Sequence record: NC_071039.1
Strand: one strand, 5' to 3'
Length of the DNA stretch: 64,000 nucleotides
In this document: positions 55,910-64,000 of the stretch, one piece after another
Layout of the letters: every line of letters starts with the position of its first letter
How positions within the stretch are numbered: the first letter of the stretch is position 1
Notes under the pieces: generated by a model
The model's input: only the letters and a program-made list of their open reading frames with translations
Databases searched by the model: none
What the model was told of the DNA's origin: nothing
Program-made: the position numbers and the translations under genes

Positions 55910-56551
55910 ATGATTATAGGGACGTTAGGATTTATTGGGTCAGGAAAAAATACTGTAGCAAAATATTTAGTTGAAAATCATAATTTTATACAGGATAGTT
56001 TTGCGGCAGCGTTAAAGGATTTACTGTCATCTACTTTTAGTTGGGATAGAACGTTATTAGAAGGTACTACACCGGAATCTAGGCGTTGGAGAGAAACTAC
56101 AGACACATGGTGGGCGACAAAGTTAGGTATACCTAATTTTACTCCTAGGTATGCAATGCAATATATAGGAACTGATGTATTACGGATGCATTTTAATGAT
56201 AATTTATGGATATTAACATTAGAAAAGCGATTAGAATCATTTATACAAAATAATAAGAATGTAGTAGTATCAGATGTAAGATTTAAAAATGAATATAATA
56301 TGCTAAAGCAATATGGTACAAAGTTCATATATGTAGAAAACGTTATCCCAGAATGGTATAATATTGCATTAGACTTAAATACATCAGACTATACTGATAA
56401 AGAAAAACAAAATATTATCGAGAATTCGTCATTAAACGGTGTCCATATATCTGAATGGGATTGGGTAGGATTAGGTTACGATGAGAAAATTATTAATAAT
56501 AGTACACTGGAAGAACTGTTTCTAACTGTAGATAGTATTATTAATAAATAA
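55910..56551 (+). CDS. Deoxynucleoside monophosphate kinase (T4 gp1-like)
   Basis: MIIGTLGFIGSGKNT P-loop; SFAAALKD; TPRYAMQYIGTD; VVSDVRFKNE. Confidence 0.9.
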   Translation: MIIGTLGFIGSGKNTVAKYLVENHNFIQDSFAAALKDLLSSTFSWDRTLLEGTTPESRRWRETTDTWWATKLGIPNFTPRYAMQYIGTDVLRMHFNDNLWILTLEKRLESFIQNNKNVVVSDVRFKNEYNMLKQYGTKFIYVENVIPEWYNIALDLNTSDYTDKEKQNIIENSSLNGVHISEWDWVGLGYDEKIINNSTLEELFLTVDSIINK

Positions 56552-56555
56552 TATA

Positions 56556-56578
56556 AATAGGGGCAATGCCCCTATTTT
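56556..56578 (+). terminator. Intrinsic terminator
   Basis: AATAGGGGCA-A-TGCCCCTATT. Confidence 0.65.
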
Positions 56579-56614
56579 ATTGAGTGTTATATCTGCAATG
56601 ATTATTAAGTATGC

Positions 56615-56622
56615 GATAAATA
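56615..56622 (+). promoter_or_regulatory. Late promoter motif GATAAATA for tail sheath
   Basis: Upstream of gp18 start at 56669. Confidence 0.65.
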
Positions 56623-56668
56623 CTGATATCGTAATACTGTATAATTCATAAAGGGAGATTATAACACA

Positions 56669-59308
56669 ATGGCAACTCTCATTTCTCCGGGTGTAAGTGT
56701 AACTATAACAGACGAATCTTTTTATGCATCGTCTGGTCCGGGAACTGTACCGCTTATAATCATAGCAACTGCTCAAGATAAAACTGATAGTGCCGGTACT
56801 GGAATTGCACCGGGAACCACTAGACAAAATGCAGGTAGACTATGGCTAATTAGTTCTCAAAGAGAACTACTACAAACGTTTGGTGTTCCGACTTTTAAAA
56901 CAGTTGGCGGAACTGCATTGCACGGATATGAACTAAATGAATATGGATTGTTAGCAGCACATTCGTATTTAGGAATATCTAATAGAGCCTATGTTGTGCG
57001 GGCAGACGTAGATACATCTCAGTTAGAACCTTCTGATACTGAGCCCACTGCTAATCCTGCAGACAACACCTATTGGTTAAACCCTACAAAAGTTGTGTCG
57101 GGATTATATGAGTCTAACGGCACTGACTGGGTAAAAGCAAATGTATTTTATGCAACTGAATTTGACGCAGCTGGTCGCCCAGCAAATGTTCCGTCTAGTT
57201 ACAAATATGCAATGTCAGTAGGACAAGCTGCTCCTAACGTAGAAAATGCAATATATAGACGCAACATATCCGGCGCATGGGTTTTAATTACTGCCAACGA
57301 TAATACAGTTGTATATAATAAGGTATATCCTGTAGTAGGTGCTGTAGGGAATCTATGGGTAAACCTAAGGGAAACTTCATATGCATTGTCTAGATTCGAT
57401 GCAAATGTAGGAAGTTTTGTATCCGTATCTACTCCTTTGTACAAAACGAGCGATGATGCTACCGACGGTTTCGGAACTACACTACGCCAGGGCTCGGTGT
57501 TTGTGCAATATAATGCAAAAGGAACATTATCTAGTGCAGTTAATCCTGCAGTAACCGAACTACAACATAAGGTAAAAATACACAACGGTAACACTTTCAC
57601 TGCTGTTTCTGTAACCTTAGCAGCAACTGGTCCTTATAGCGATACATTAGTATTAGGACGCTATAACGGAACATCAGTGACAGTTAACGCATCTGGTTCT
57701 AGCGTAGAGGCATTTGCTCAATCGTTAGGACAAGCTTTAGTTTCTAACGGTGTTACTGATATTTCAGTTAATTACAATACTGCCTCTAGAATGGTAGCGT
57801 TAGTTAACGATAGTGGAAAAGATATAATAGTTACATCATCTACTATGTTTAGTGCCGGCATATATTCTAATTGGGTTCCACTAGAATATAGTTCTGCTGT
57901 AAAACAACCATCCGGTCAATTAGATAACGGTACATTGTGGTACAGCACAGATTATAAAGTTGACATTCTAGTTAACGATGGCGTAGGAGCATGGACTGAT
58001 TTAGCTGGCAATTTATTTGTACAAAGTGCTGAACCTACTACTAACGTAGCTGACGGCGATGTATGGGTAAGCACTTCGTCTGCAGGCAATTATCCGGTTA
58101 TATATCGTAGGGTAAATAACCAGTGGAGATTAGTAGATAATACTGATCAAACAACACCTAACGGTGTAATATTTGCTGATGCAAGACCTGTAAATTCCGG
58201 AGCATTAGATGCAGACGCACCGGACGCACTTGCATATCCGCAGGGAATCTTGCTATTTAATACTCGCTATTCCACACGTAACGTTAAACAATGGCAAAAT
58301 AATTATACCTTTGAAGGTAACGTTATAGGAGATAGATGGGTATCTGTTAGTGGTTTAAGATCGGACGGCTCTTTATACACCGGCGGCGAAGCAGTTAAAC
58401 AAGTAGTCGTTCGTTCTATTGCTAGCACAATACAGGCTAATGAAGATATTCGTTCTGAAAACGTGTTTTATAACCTAATTGCTGCGCCTGGTTATCCTGA
58501 ACTAATAGACGAGTTAGTAGCATTAAACGTTGATAGAAAACAAACTGCATTTGTTATAGGCGATTCGCCATTTACTTTGAGTGCAACTGGTACTAATTTA
58601 CAAGAATGGTCTTCTAATTCTAAATTAGCAACAGAAAACGGTTCAGATGGATTAGTTACTGCTGATCCGTATTTAGGTGTATATTATCCGTCCGGTCTAA
58701 GTACAGATCTAAATGGTAACAATGTAGTTGTTCCTCCTAGCCATATGTTACTTCGTACTATTGCGTATAATGACCAGGTTGCATATCCGTGGTTCGCTCC
58801 GGCAGGATATCAACGTGGTATAGTGTCTAACGCAACTTCGGTAGGTTATATAAACAGCGAAGGTGAATTCGTTGCAGTTTCGTTAAATGAAGGGCAGCGG
58901 GATACTCTGTATACTAATAATGTTAACCCGATATCGCAAGTGCCTAATAGAGGTATAGTAGTATGGGGTCAAAAATCTAGAAATCCAGTTACTTCGTCAT
59001 TGGATAGAGTTAACGTAGCAAGATTGGTAAACTATGTTAGATATCAATTAGATTTGTTGCTAAAACCGTTTGTATTCGAGCCAAACGATTCACGTACTCG
59101 TCAAGCAGTGCAGGTAGCAGTAGAGGCTTTCTTAAGCGAAATAGTAACATTACGCGGTATCACTGATTTCGTTGTAGACTGTTCTGATTCTAATAATACT
59201 CCGGATCGTATAGATAGAAACGAATTGTGGGTTGACGTTGCAATAGTGCCCACCCGTGCAGTTGAATTTATTTATGTTCCGATTCGTTTGCAAAATACCG
59301 GATCTTAA
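56669..59308 (+). CDS. gp18: Tail sheath protein
   Basis: LISPGVSVTITDESFY; PWFAPAGYQRG; RDTLYTNNVNPI; WGQK; LDRVNVARL; FVFEPND; NNTPDRIDRNELWVD. Confidence 0.95.
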   Translation: MATLISPGVSVTITDESFYASSGPGTVPLIIIATAQDKTDSAGTGIAPGTTRQNAGRLWLISSQRELLQTFGVPTFKTVGGTALHGYELNEYGLLAAHSYLGISNRAYVVRADVDTSQLEPSDTEPTANPADNTYWLNPTKVVSGLYESNGTDWVKANVFYATEFDAAGRPANVPSSYKYAMSVGQAAPNVENAIYRRNISGAWVLITANDNTVVYNKVYPVVGAVGNLWVNLRETSYALSRFDANVGSFVSVSTPLYKTSDDATDGFGTTLRQGSVFVQYNAKGTLSSAVNPAVTELQHKVKIHNGNTFTAVSVTLAATGPYSDTLVLGRYNGTSVTVNASGSSVEAFAQSLGQALVSNGVTDISVNYNTASRMVALVNDSGKDIIVTSSTMFSAGIYSNWVPLEYSSAVKQPSGQLDNGTLWYSTDYKVDILVNDGVGAWTDLAGNLFVQSAEPTTNVADGDVWVSTSSAGNYPVIYRRVNNQWRLVDNTDQTTPNGVIFADARPVNSGALDADAPDALAYPQGILLFNTRYSTRNVKQWQNNYTFEGNVIGDRWVSVSGLRSDGSLYTGGEAVKQVVVRSIASTIQANEDIRSENVFYNLIAAPGYPELIDELVALNVDRKQTAFVIGDSPFTLSATGTNLQEWSSNSKLATENGSDGLVTADPYLGVYYPSGLSTDLNGNNVVVPPSHMLLRTIAYNDQVAYPWFAPAGYQRGIVSNATSVGYINSEGEFVAVSLNEGQRDTLYTNNVNPISQVPNRGIVVWGQKSRNPVTSSLDRVNVARLVNYVRYQLDLLLKPFVFEPNDSRTRQAVQVAVEAFLSEIVTLRGITDFVVDCSDSNNTPDRIDRNELWVDVAIVPTRAVEFIYVPIRLQNTGS

Positions 59309-59329
59309 CATAAATTAGTAATGCAAAAT

Positions 59330-59352
59330 AAAAAGGCACTTAGTGCCTTTTT
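59330..59352 (+). terminator. Terminator after sheath gene
   Basis: AAAAAGGCACT-T-AGTGCCTTTTT. Confidence 0.75.
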
Positions 59353-59354
59353 AT

Positions 59355-59383
59355 TTGACTATAAATTATATCTATAGTATACT
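59355..59383 (+). promoter_or_regulatory. sigma70-type promoter for second nuclease-like gene
   Basis: TTGACT-17 nt-TATACT directly after terminator. Confidence 0.75.
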
Positions 59384-59409
59384 ATTGTTTAAAACTAAGG
59401 ATTGCTTTT

Positions 59410-61026
59410 ATGTCTATTGTATGTAAAATTTGTAATAAATCATTTCCTAGTATGATTACAAGCACACATCTAAAAACACATAACATCACTACTGCAGAAT
59501 ACAAAGATCTTTATGGAAAATATTCTCTTGTATCAGATGAATATAGATCAAAGCGGTCAGAACAGTCATCTGGCATTAATAATCCTAATTATGGAAATAA
59601 ATGGTCAGACAGCATGAAAGAATCTATGTCTAATAAAAAATCCGGAACTATTCCGTGGAATAAAGGCATAGAGTTACACGATACTACTATGTATGTGAAA
59701 TCTGCAGAACAGAGAGAACTAAAGTACAAAGAAGGGATACTAACTAGGAAATCATATGTCAGAACTGTAGAAATAAATAAAAAAATTTCTGATAGTGTGA
59801 AGAAGTATGCTGCAGAAAATAAAGAAGAAGTAAAACAGAGAAGTGCTAAAGCAAAAGATACATATAGTACAAAGAAAACATTAGGGTTAGTGCAAATACG
59901 AAAAGGATATAAGTTAACAAAATCACATAAAGAAATAGCTATACAAACATTAAACAATTATAGGGCTTCTAAAATAGCTGAATCTAATAAACAAATAGAA
60001 AGTAATATATCTCTTGCAAATCTAACATTATTAAATGACATAAATGAAAACAGCTTAGTGTTAAGGTGTAATATATGTAATAATGAATGTTCTTTTACAA
60101 AACAATATTTTAGAGCTAGTAAATTTAAAATAGAATTATGTCCTGTATGTTATCCTAGAAATAGTAACAGATCTGAAAAAGAAAAAGAATTAGAATATTT
60201 TATAACAAGTTTAGGTATTTCATGTATAAATTCTGCACGTATAAACAATAAAGAAATAGATATATTTTGTAAAGAATTAAATATTGGATTTGAATTTAAC
60301 GGATTATACTGGCATAGTGAGGATGTTTTAGAGTATTCTGGGTACAGTAAAACAAAAGATTACGAAAAGAAAATATTTTTTAGAGATAAAGGAATTAGAT
60401 TAATTCAAATATTTGAAGATGAGTGGGACTTAAAGCAAGATATAGTAAAGAGTAGAATAAGAGCTATATTAGGAAAAACAGAACACAAAATATATGCAAG
60501 GAAATGTACTGTTAAAGAAATAAATTCTAAAGTTGCAAATGATTTTGTAGAAAAAACACATTTACAAGGTAAAGGTAGAGCAAATGTAAGATTAGGGTTG
60601 TATTATAACAATGAACTAGTTTCTGTAATGACATTTTTAAATAAAGATATTACTAATAAAACATCGAGCTGTCAGATAAATCGTTTTAGTGTAAAACATA
60701 ATACATCTATCCCCGGCGCCGCTGGAAAATTATTTGCTTACTATATAAACAATTATAATCCGTCTAGTGTTATTTCGTATGCAGATTCTCGCTGGTCTGA
60801 TGGTAATTTGTATGAACAACTAGGATTTAAATTAGATAAACAGACACTCCCTAATTACTGGTATATAAAAGATAATGATCTTAAAAGATATCATAGATAC
60901 AATTTTAGAAAAGATAAGTTGCCCGAAACTTTACTAACAGAAAAAGAATATATGGATAGTTTAGGATGGAATAGAATATGGGATTCGGGATCTACTAAAT
61001 GGGTTTGGACAAATAAAGGGGCATAA
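59410..61026 (+). CDS. Second free-standing homing-endonuclease-like protein (C2H2 finger, NUMOD-like motifs, Vsr/DUF559-type nuclease, GNAT-like domain)
   Basis: CKIC..THLKTH; PNYGNKWS and PWNKG; SEKEKELEYFI..EIDIF..IGFEFNGLYWHS; YARKC..HLQG..LGLYY..ELVSVMTF; paralog of 25156. Confidence 0.7.
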   Translation: MSIVCKICNKSFPSMITSTHLKTHNITTAEYKDLYGKYSLVSDEYRSKRSEQSSGINNPNYGNKWSDSMKESMSNKKSGTIPWNKGIELHDTTMYVKSAEQRELKYKEGILTRKSYVRTVEINKKISDSVKKYAAENKEEVKQRSAKAKDTYSTKKTLGLVQIRKGYKLTKSHKEIAIQTLNNYRASKIAESNKQIESNISLANLTLLNDINENSLVLRCNICNNECSFTKQYFRASKFKIELCPVCYPRNSNRSEKEKELEYFITSLGISCINSARINNKEIDIFCKELNIGFEFNGLYWHSEDVLEYSGYSKTKDYEKKIFFRDKGIRLIQIFEDEWDLKQDIVKSRIRAILGKTEHKIYARKCTVKEINSKVANDFVEKTHLQGKGRANVRLGLYYNNELVSVMTFLNKDITNKTSSCQINRFSVKHNTSIPGAAGKLFAYYINNYNPSSVISYADSRWSDGNLYEQLGFKLDKQTLPNYWYIKDNDLKRYHRYNFRKDKLPETLLTEKEYMDSLGWNRIWDSGSTKWVWTNKGA

Positions 61027-61035
61027 TGCCCCTTT
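61015..61035 (+). terminator. Intrinsic terminator
   Basis: AAAGGGGCA-TAA-TGCCCCTTT; stop codon forms the loop. Confidence 0.7.
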
Positions 61036-61069
61036 ATTTGTATCCTATAATGAAAAATTGTTAGTTACT

Positions 61070-61077
61070 GATAAATA
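61070..61077 (+). promoter_or_regulatory. Late promoter motif GATAAATA re-initiating tail tube gene
   Basis: Between terminator and gp19 RBS AGGAGA. Confidence 0.65.
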
Positions 61078-61114
61078 TGTTTATCGTAATAACGAGACAT
61101 TAATAGGAGAATGT

Positions 61115-61735
61115 ATGGCAACATTAGACAAATTTGGGGTACCAAGTTCGGCAGGTTCAGAACGCGGTATTTTGCAACCCAAGCTCCAGTACAAGTTTCG
61201 CGTGAGTTTTGATGGTTTTGGCGATGGATCTAATTCTCGCCAGTTAACCCAGAGCGTAGTTTCTGTCGAAAGACCGAAAATAAACCATGCGTCGACTGCT
61301 GTTCATTCGTATAACTCTGTAGCATATGCTATGGGGAAACACGAATGGCAAACTATCGAAATTGTATTGCGTGACGATATTCAAAACTCAGTTGTTAATG
61401 TAGTTGGTAAACAATTGCAGAAACAAATGAACCATTTTGAACAATCTAGCCCAGTAGCTGGTAGAAACTATAAATTTACTATGAGAATAGAATCTCTAGA
61501 CGGAAACAACAATACTGCACCATTAGAATACTGGGATGCAGAAGGTTGTTTTTTACTTGATGTAAACTATGGTTCTCGTGCATATGATAGCTCTGAACTT
61601 ACCTTAATAACCCTTACTGTTCGTGCAGATAACTATACTCATCATGCAGGCGGCAACGAAGTTGCACTCGGCGGCGATCCGTTTATTGACGACGATGCCG
61701 GATTACGCGGTGCACCTGGTGCTCGTGTAAACTAA
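61115..61735 (+). CDS. gp19: Tail tube protein (start ATG 61115)
   Basis: LQPKLQYKFRVSF, SVERPKI, MGKHEWQTIEIVLRDD, LEYWDAEGCF; follows sheath. Confidence 0.85.
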   Translation: MATLDKFGVPSSAGSERGILQPKLQYKFRVSFDGFGDGSNSRQLTQSVVSVERPKINHASTAVHSYNSVAYAMGKHEWQTIEIVLRDDIQNSVVNVVGKQLQKQMNHFEQSSPVAGRNYKFTMRIESLDGNNNTAPLEYWDAEGCFLLDVNYGSRAYDSSELTLITLTVRADNYTHHAGGNEVALGGDPFIDDDAGLRGAPGARVN

Positions 61736-61743
61736 TAAGAAAT

Positions 61744-61780
61744 CTGCAAGCTATTTTACTTAGCTTGCAGTTATTCTTTT
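61744..61780 (+). terminator. Probable terminator after tube gene
   Basis: CTGCAAGCTA-loop-TAGCTTGCAG followed by TTATTCTTTT. Confidence 0.6.
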
Positions 61781-61794
61781 TATTGGATTTATAT

Positions 61795-63273
61795 ATGGCA
61801 TTTGATGATATATTCGGTACAATAGCCGGCGCTGCTGGCGATATATTTGGGGCAACAGTGGGAGAAGCAGGAAATATTTTGTCTTCTGTTGCTACCCGGT
61901 CTGCTAAGAAATTTTTAGGCGGTTTAATTGGCGATGGGCATGGCGCATATCTAAGAGATAGTAGACATGCAACATATAATTTTGGTCTTAGGGGTTCGTA
62001 TATACAACAGAACTATCCTAGGTCTAAGTTTCAATATCTTGTAAAAATAAACTATAATACTATAGATCCGGTAAAATCGTTTGTTGATACTTATTTAAAT
62101 AGAGATGAACAAGATATGATAGTTCCTCTAATAAAACGTATCGATATGCCATCTATGCAAATAGATACAGAAAAATTAAATCAATATAATAAATGGCGTA
62201 TTTCTCAAACAAAGATAAAATTCCAGCCTATTACAATGGTGTTACACGATGTAGTAGATGGAAAAACATTACGTTTTTGGGAAATGTATTATGAATATTA
62301 TTTTAATGATGGTGTTTACGCCAAGAAAACATCAGATTCTATAAGTAATTTTGATCCCATTAGAAATACATTAAGAAGGGGCGAGTTAAACGTATCTGAG
62401 TTTTATAATGATATTATCTCTAAAGAAGGTGTTTTTAAACGAGATTTTGGATTTAGGTTAGATACTCAAGTGTTTAATACAACTTCGTTTATAGGAAAAT
62501 ATAGTAGATATTTGTTTGACTCGATTGATATATATCAGGTTCACGGACAATCATATTCTAGAGCAAGATTAGTAAATCCCAGAATAACAGATTTTAGACA
62601 CGATGCATTAGCATATGACAATTCTAGTGATTTAATGGAATTAACATTTACATTTGAATACGAAGATGTAGTGTATGATAACTTTGTTAGGCCATTGGCT
62701 GAAACTGAACTTGAATTTTATGATAATGCTAATAATTTAGAATTAGATTATCAACCTGCCCGTCCGCCAGTTAGTGTTAGGGTAAGAAACGACAGTACTG
62801 AGGGTGGTTTCGGCAGATCTTCGTCTGGATTAGGTAATGTATTGGGTGATATTACGGGGGATATATTCGGCGGAATTCGGTCTGGTGTATCTACAGTTTT
62901 AGATGCAACTGGTGTAAATGGTGTGTTAGATAATATAGGAGTAGGCGCAGTATTAGGAAGCGCTGCTAATAGCGTATTAGGAAATATTGAGCGAAATGTA
63001 ACAGACTATGTTACTACTTTTCCTGAAAATGCAGCCAGGGCAGTAGGTGAAAGTATATTTACAGGAGAAGTAGAATTCCCGGTAGATCCGAAAGGTTCTA
63101 TGAGAAAAATATTAGATCAAGCAAAATCAGAAACTACTGGAACTATACGAAGAACATTTGAAACTGGTGTAAATACTGCTATAACTGGTGTTTTAAATGG
63201 CGCAGGAAAAATTATAGATAATCCTAGGGGATCTAGAAATACAAACGTATCTAACAGGAGTGTTGGATTATAA
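61795..63273 (+). CDS. Tube-like baseplate / tail structural protein (start probably ATG 61795)
   Basis: YPRSKFQY..IKRIDMPSMQIDTEKLNQYNKWR..KIKFQPITMVLHD..NPRITDFRHD gp19-like fold; Gly-rich flanks. Confidence 0.65.
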   Translation: MAFDDIFGTIAGAAGDIFGATVGEAGNILSSVATRSAKKFLGGLIGDGHGAYLRDSRHATYNFGLRGSYIQQNYPRSKFQYLVKINYNTIDPVKSFVDTYLNRDEQDMIVPLIKRIDMPSMQIDTEKLNQYNKWRISQTKIKFQPITMVLHDVVDGKTLRFWEMYYEYYFNDGVYAKKTSDSISNFDPIRNTLRRGELNVSEFYNDIISKEGVFKRDFGFRLDTQVFNTTSFIGKYSRYLFDSIDIYQVHGQSYSRARLVNPRITDFRHDALAYDNSSDLMELTFTFEYEDVVYDNFVRPLAETELEFYDNANNLELDYQPARPPVSVRVRNDSTEGGFGRSSSGLGNVLGDITGDIFGGIRSGVSTVLDATGVNGVLDNIGVGAVLGSAANSVLGNIERNVTDYVTTFPENAARAVGESIFTGEVEFPVDPKGSMRKILDQAKSETTGTIRRTFETGVNTAITGVLNGAGKIIDNPRGSRNTNVSNRSVGL

Positions 63274-63728
63274 TGGCACTTGATAGATTTAGTATAGACA
63301 TGTTGAAGCGTAGAGGAGCTTCTAAGAAAGTAATACAAACGGGTTCGTCTTTAGTTAACACATTTGAAAATGGATCTGGTTTTGATAATGCTTTGGATGC
63401 TACTAGTCTTATTCTAGACAATTACGGAAATTCTTCAGTCGGCGCCGTTAATTCGAATATGTTTTTTGCTCTACGATCATTCTTTGTAAGTAAACATACT
63501 TCTTTACCTAACGCAGAAACCCTAGCATTGATGATGTTAGATGCAGCCAAGTTACTAAATAAACCACCGATGACATTAGCAGAAGAAGTGGCAAGTACGG
63601 GACAATTAATGTTAGGAAATGACACATATACTGTATTAAATTTTTTAAGACCTGCCGGCGAAAAGCAAAATCTATTAATAATAAACGATAATTCTGGGAA
63701 ATTCAGAGGAAGGAACGTCAAATTATAA
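63273..63728 (+). CDS. Hypothetical structural-region protein
   Basis: Coupled between tube-like gene and gp4. Confidence 0.7.
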   Translation: MALDRFSIDMLKRRGASKKVIQTGSSLVNTFENGSGFDNALDATSLILDNYGNSSVGAVNSNMFFALRSFFVSKHTSLPNAETLALMMLDAAKLLNKPPMTLAEEVASTGQLMLGNDTYTVLNFLRPAGEKQNLLIINDNSGKFRGRNVKL

Positions 63729-64000
63729 TGGGTAGTTACAAGCAAGGAACGTATATTCCGAAGAATCCTGGAAAATATATAGGAAAAAAATTACCATACT
63801 ATAGATCTGCATGGGAATATAAATTTATGCAGACAGTTGACGAAAATATGGCTGTAATTGAATGGGCCAGCGAACCCATTTCTATTCCTTATTTTAATCC
63901 AGTTACAAACAAACAATCGTTATATGTGCCAGATTTTTTAATGGTATACGTTGATAGTAAGGGCAACAAACACACCGAAATAGTCGAAATAAAACCGAGA
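63728..64000 (+). CDS. gp4: Head completion nuclease gp4-like (truncated at window end; not in ORF track)
   Basis: MGSYKQGTYIPKNPGKYIG..YRSAWEYKFM..EWASEPISIPY..YVPDF..VEIKP. Confidence 0.9.
   Translation, partial: MGSYKQGTYIPKNPGKYIGKKLPYYRSAWEYKFMQTVDENMAVIEWASEPISIPYFNPVTNKQSLYVPDFLMVYVDSKGNKHTEIVEIKPR

Noticed and set aside
1-64000. Stop-codon reassignment as seen in some jumbo phages
   Set aside because: Core genes are full length under code 11, and TAA, TAG and TGA all act as stops

Overview
A 64-kb segment of an AT-rich (~30% GC) large or jumbo myovirus distantly related to T4, using the standard genetic code. A SAR endolysin, a two-component spanin and a PrlC-like peptidase point to a Gram-negative, probably gammaproteobacterial, host. 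The window holds most of the virion morphogenesis genes: baseplate (gp6, gp25, gp5, gp53-like, gp26/gp51-like), tape measure, the gp20-gp21-gp22-gp23 head block, neck gp13/gp14, gp15, sheath gp18, tube gp19, gp4 and four fibre genes. These are interleaved with a gp55-like late sigma, gp46/47, a resolvase, rIIA/B, DHFR, glutaredoxin, dNMP kinase, NUDIX, oligopeptidase A and a split lysis cassette. Early genes have near-consensus sigma70 promoters; structural genes carry a GATAAATA late-promoter motif. The best leads are absent from the ORF track. (1) A ~900-nt ORF-free, GC-enriched, stem-rich unit (13.8-14.7 kb) between a perfect TTGACA-17-TATAAT promoter and an intrinsic terminator is a candidate large structured ncRNA; a second ~265-nt candidate lies at 41.05-41.32 kb. 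(2) A start-less gp51-like ORF is joined to the gp26-like gene by a U-UUU-UUC slippery site plus hairpin, a likely -1 frameshift next to the tape measure gene. (3) A 50-codon ArfA-like ORF has its terminator before its stop codon, the non-stop mRNA logic of ribosome rescue factors. (4) Two nuclease/GNAT-like genes sit as early-promoter cassettes behind gp23 and gp18. No CRISPR array, tRNA, reverse transcriptase or integrase was seen. Family assignments come from motif recognition, not database searches.
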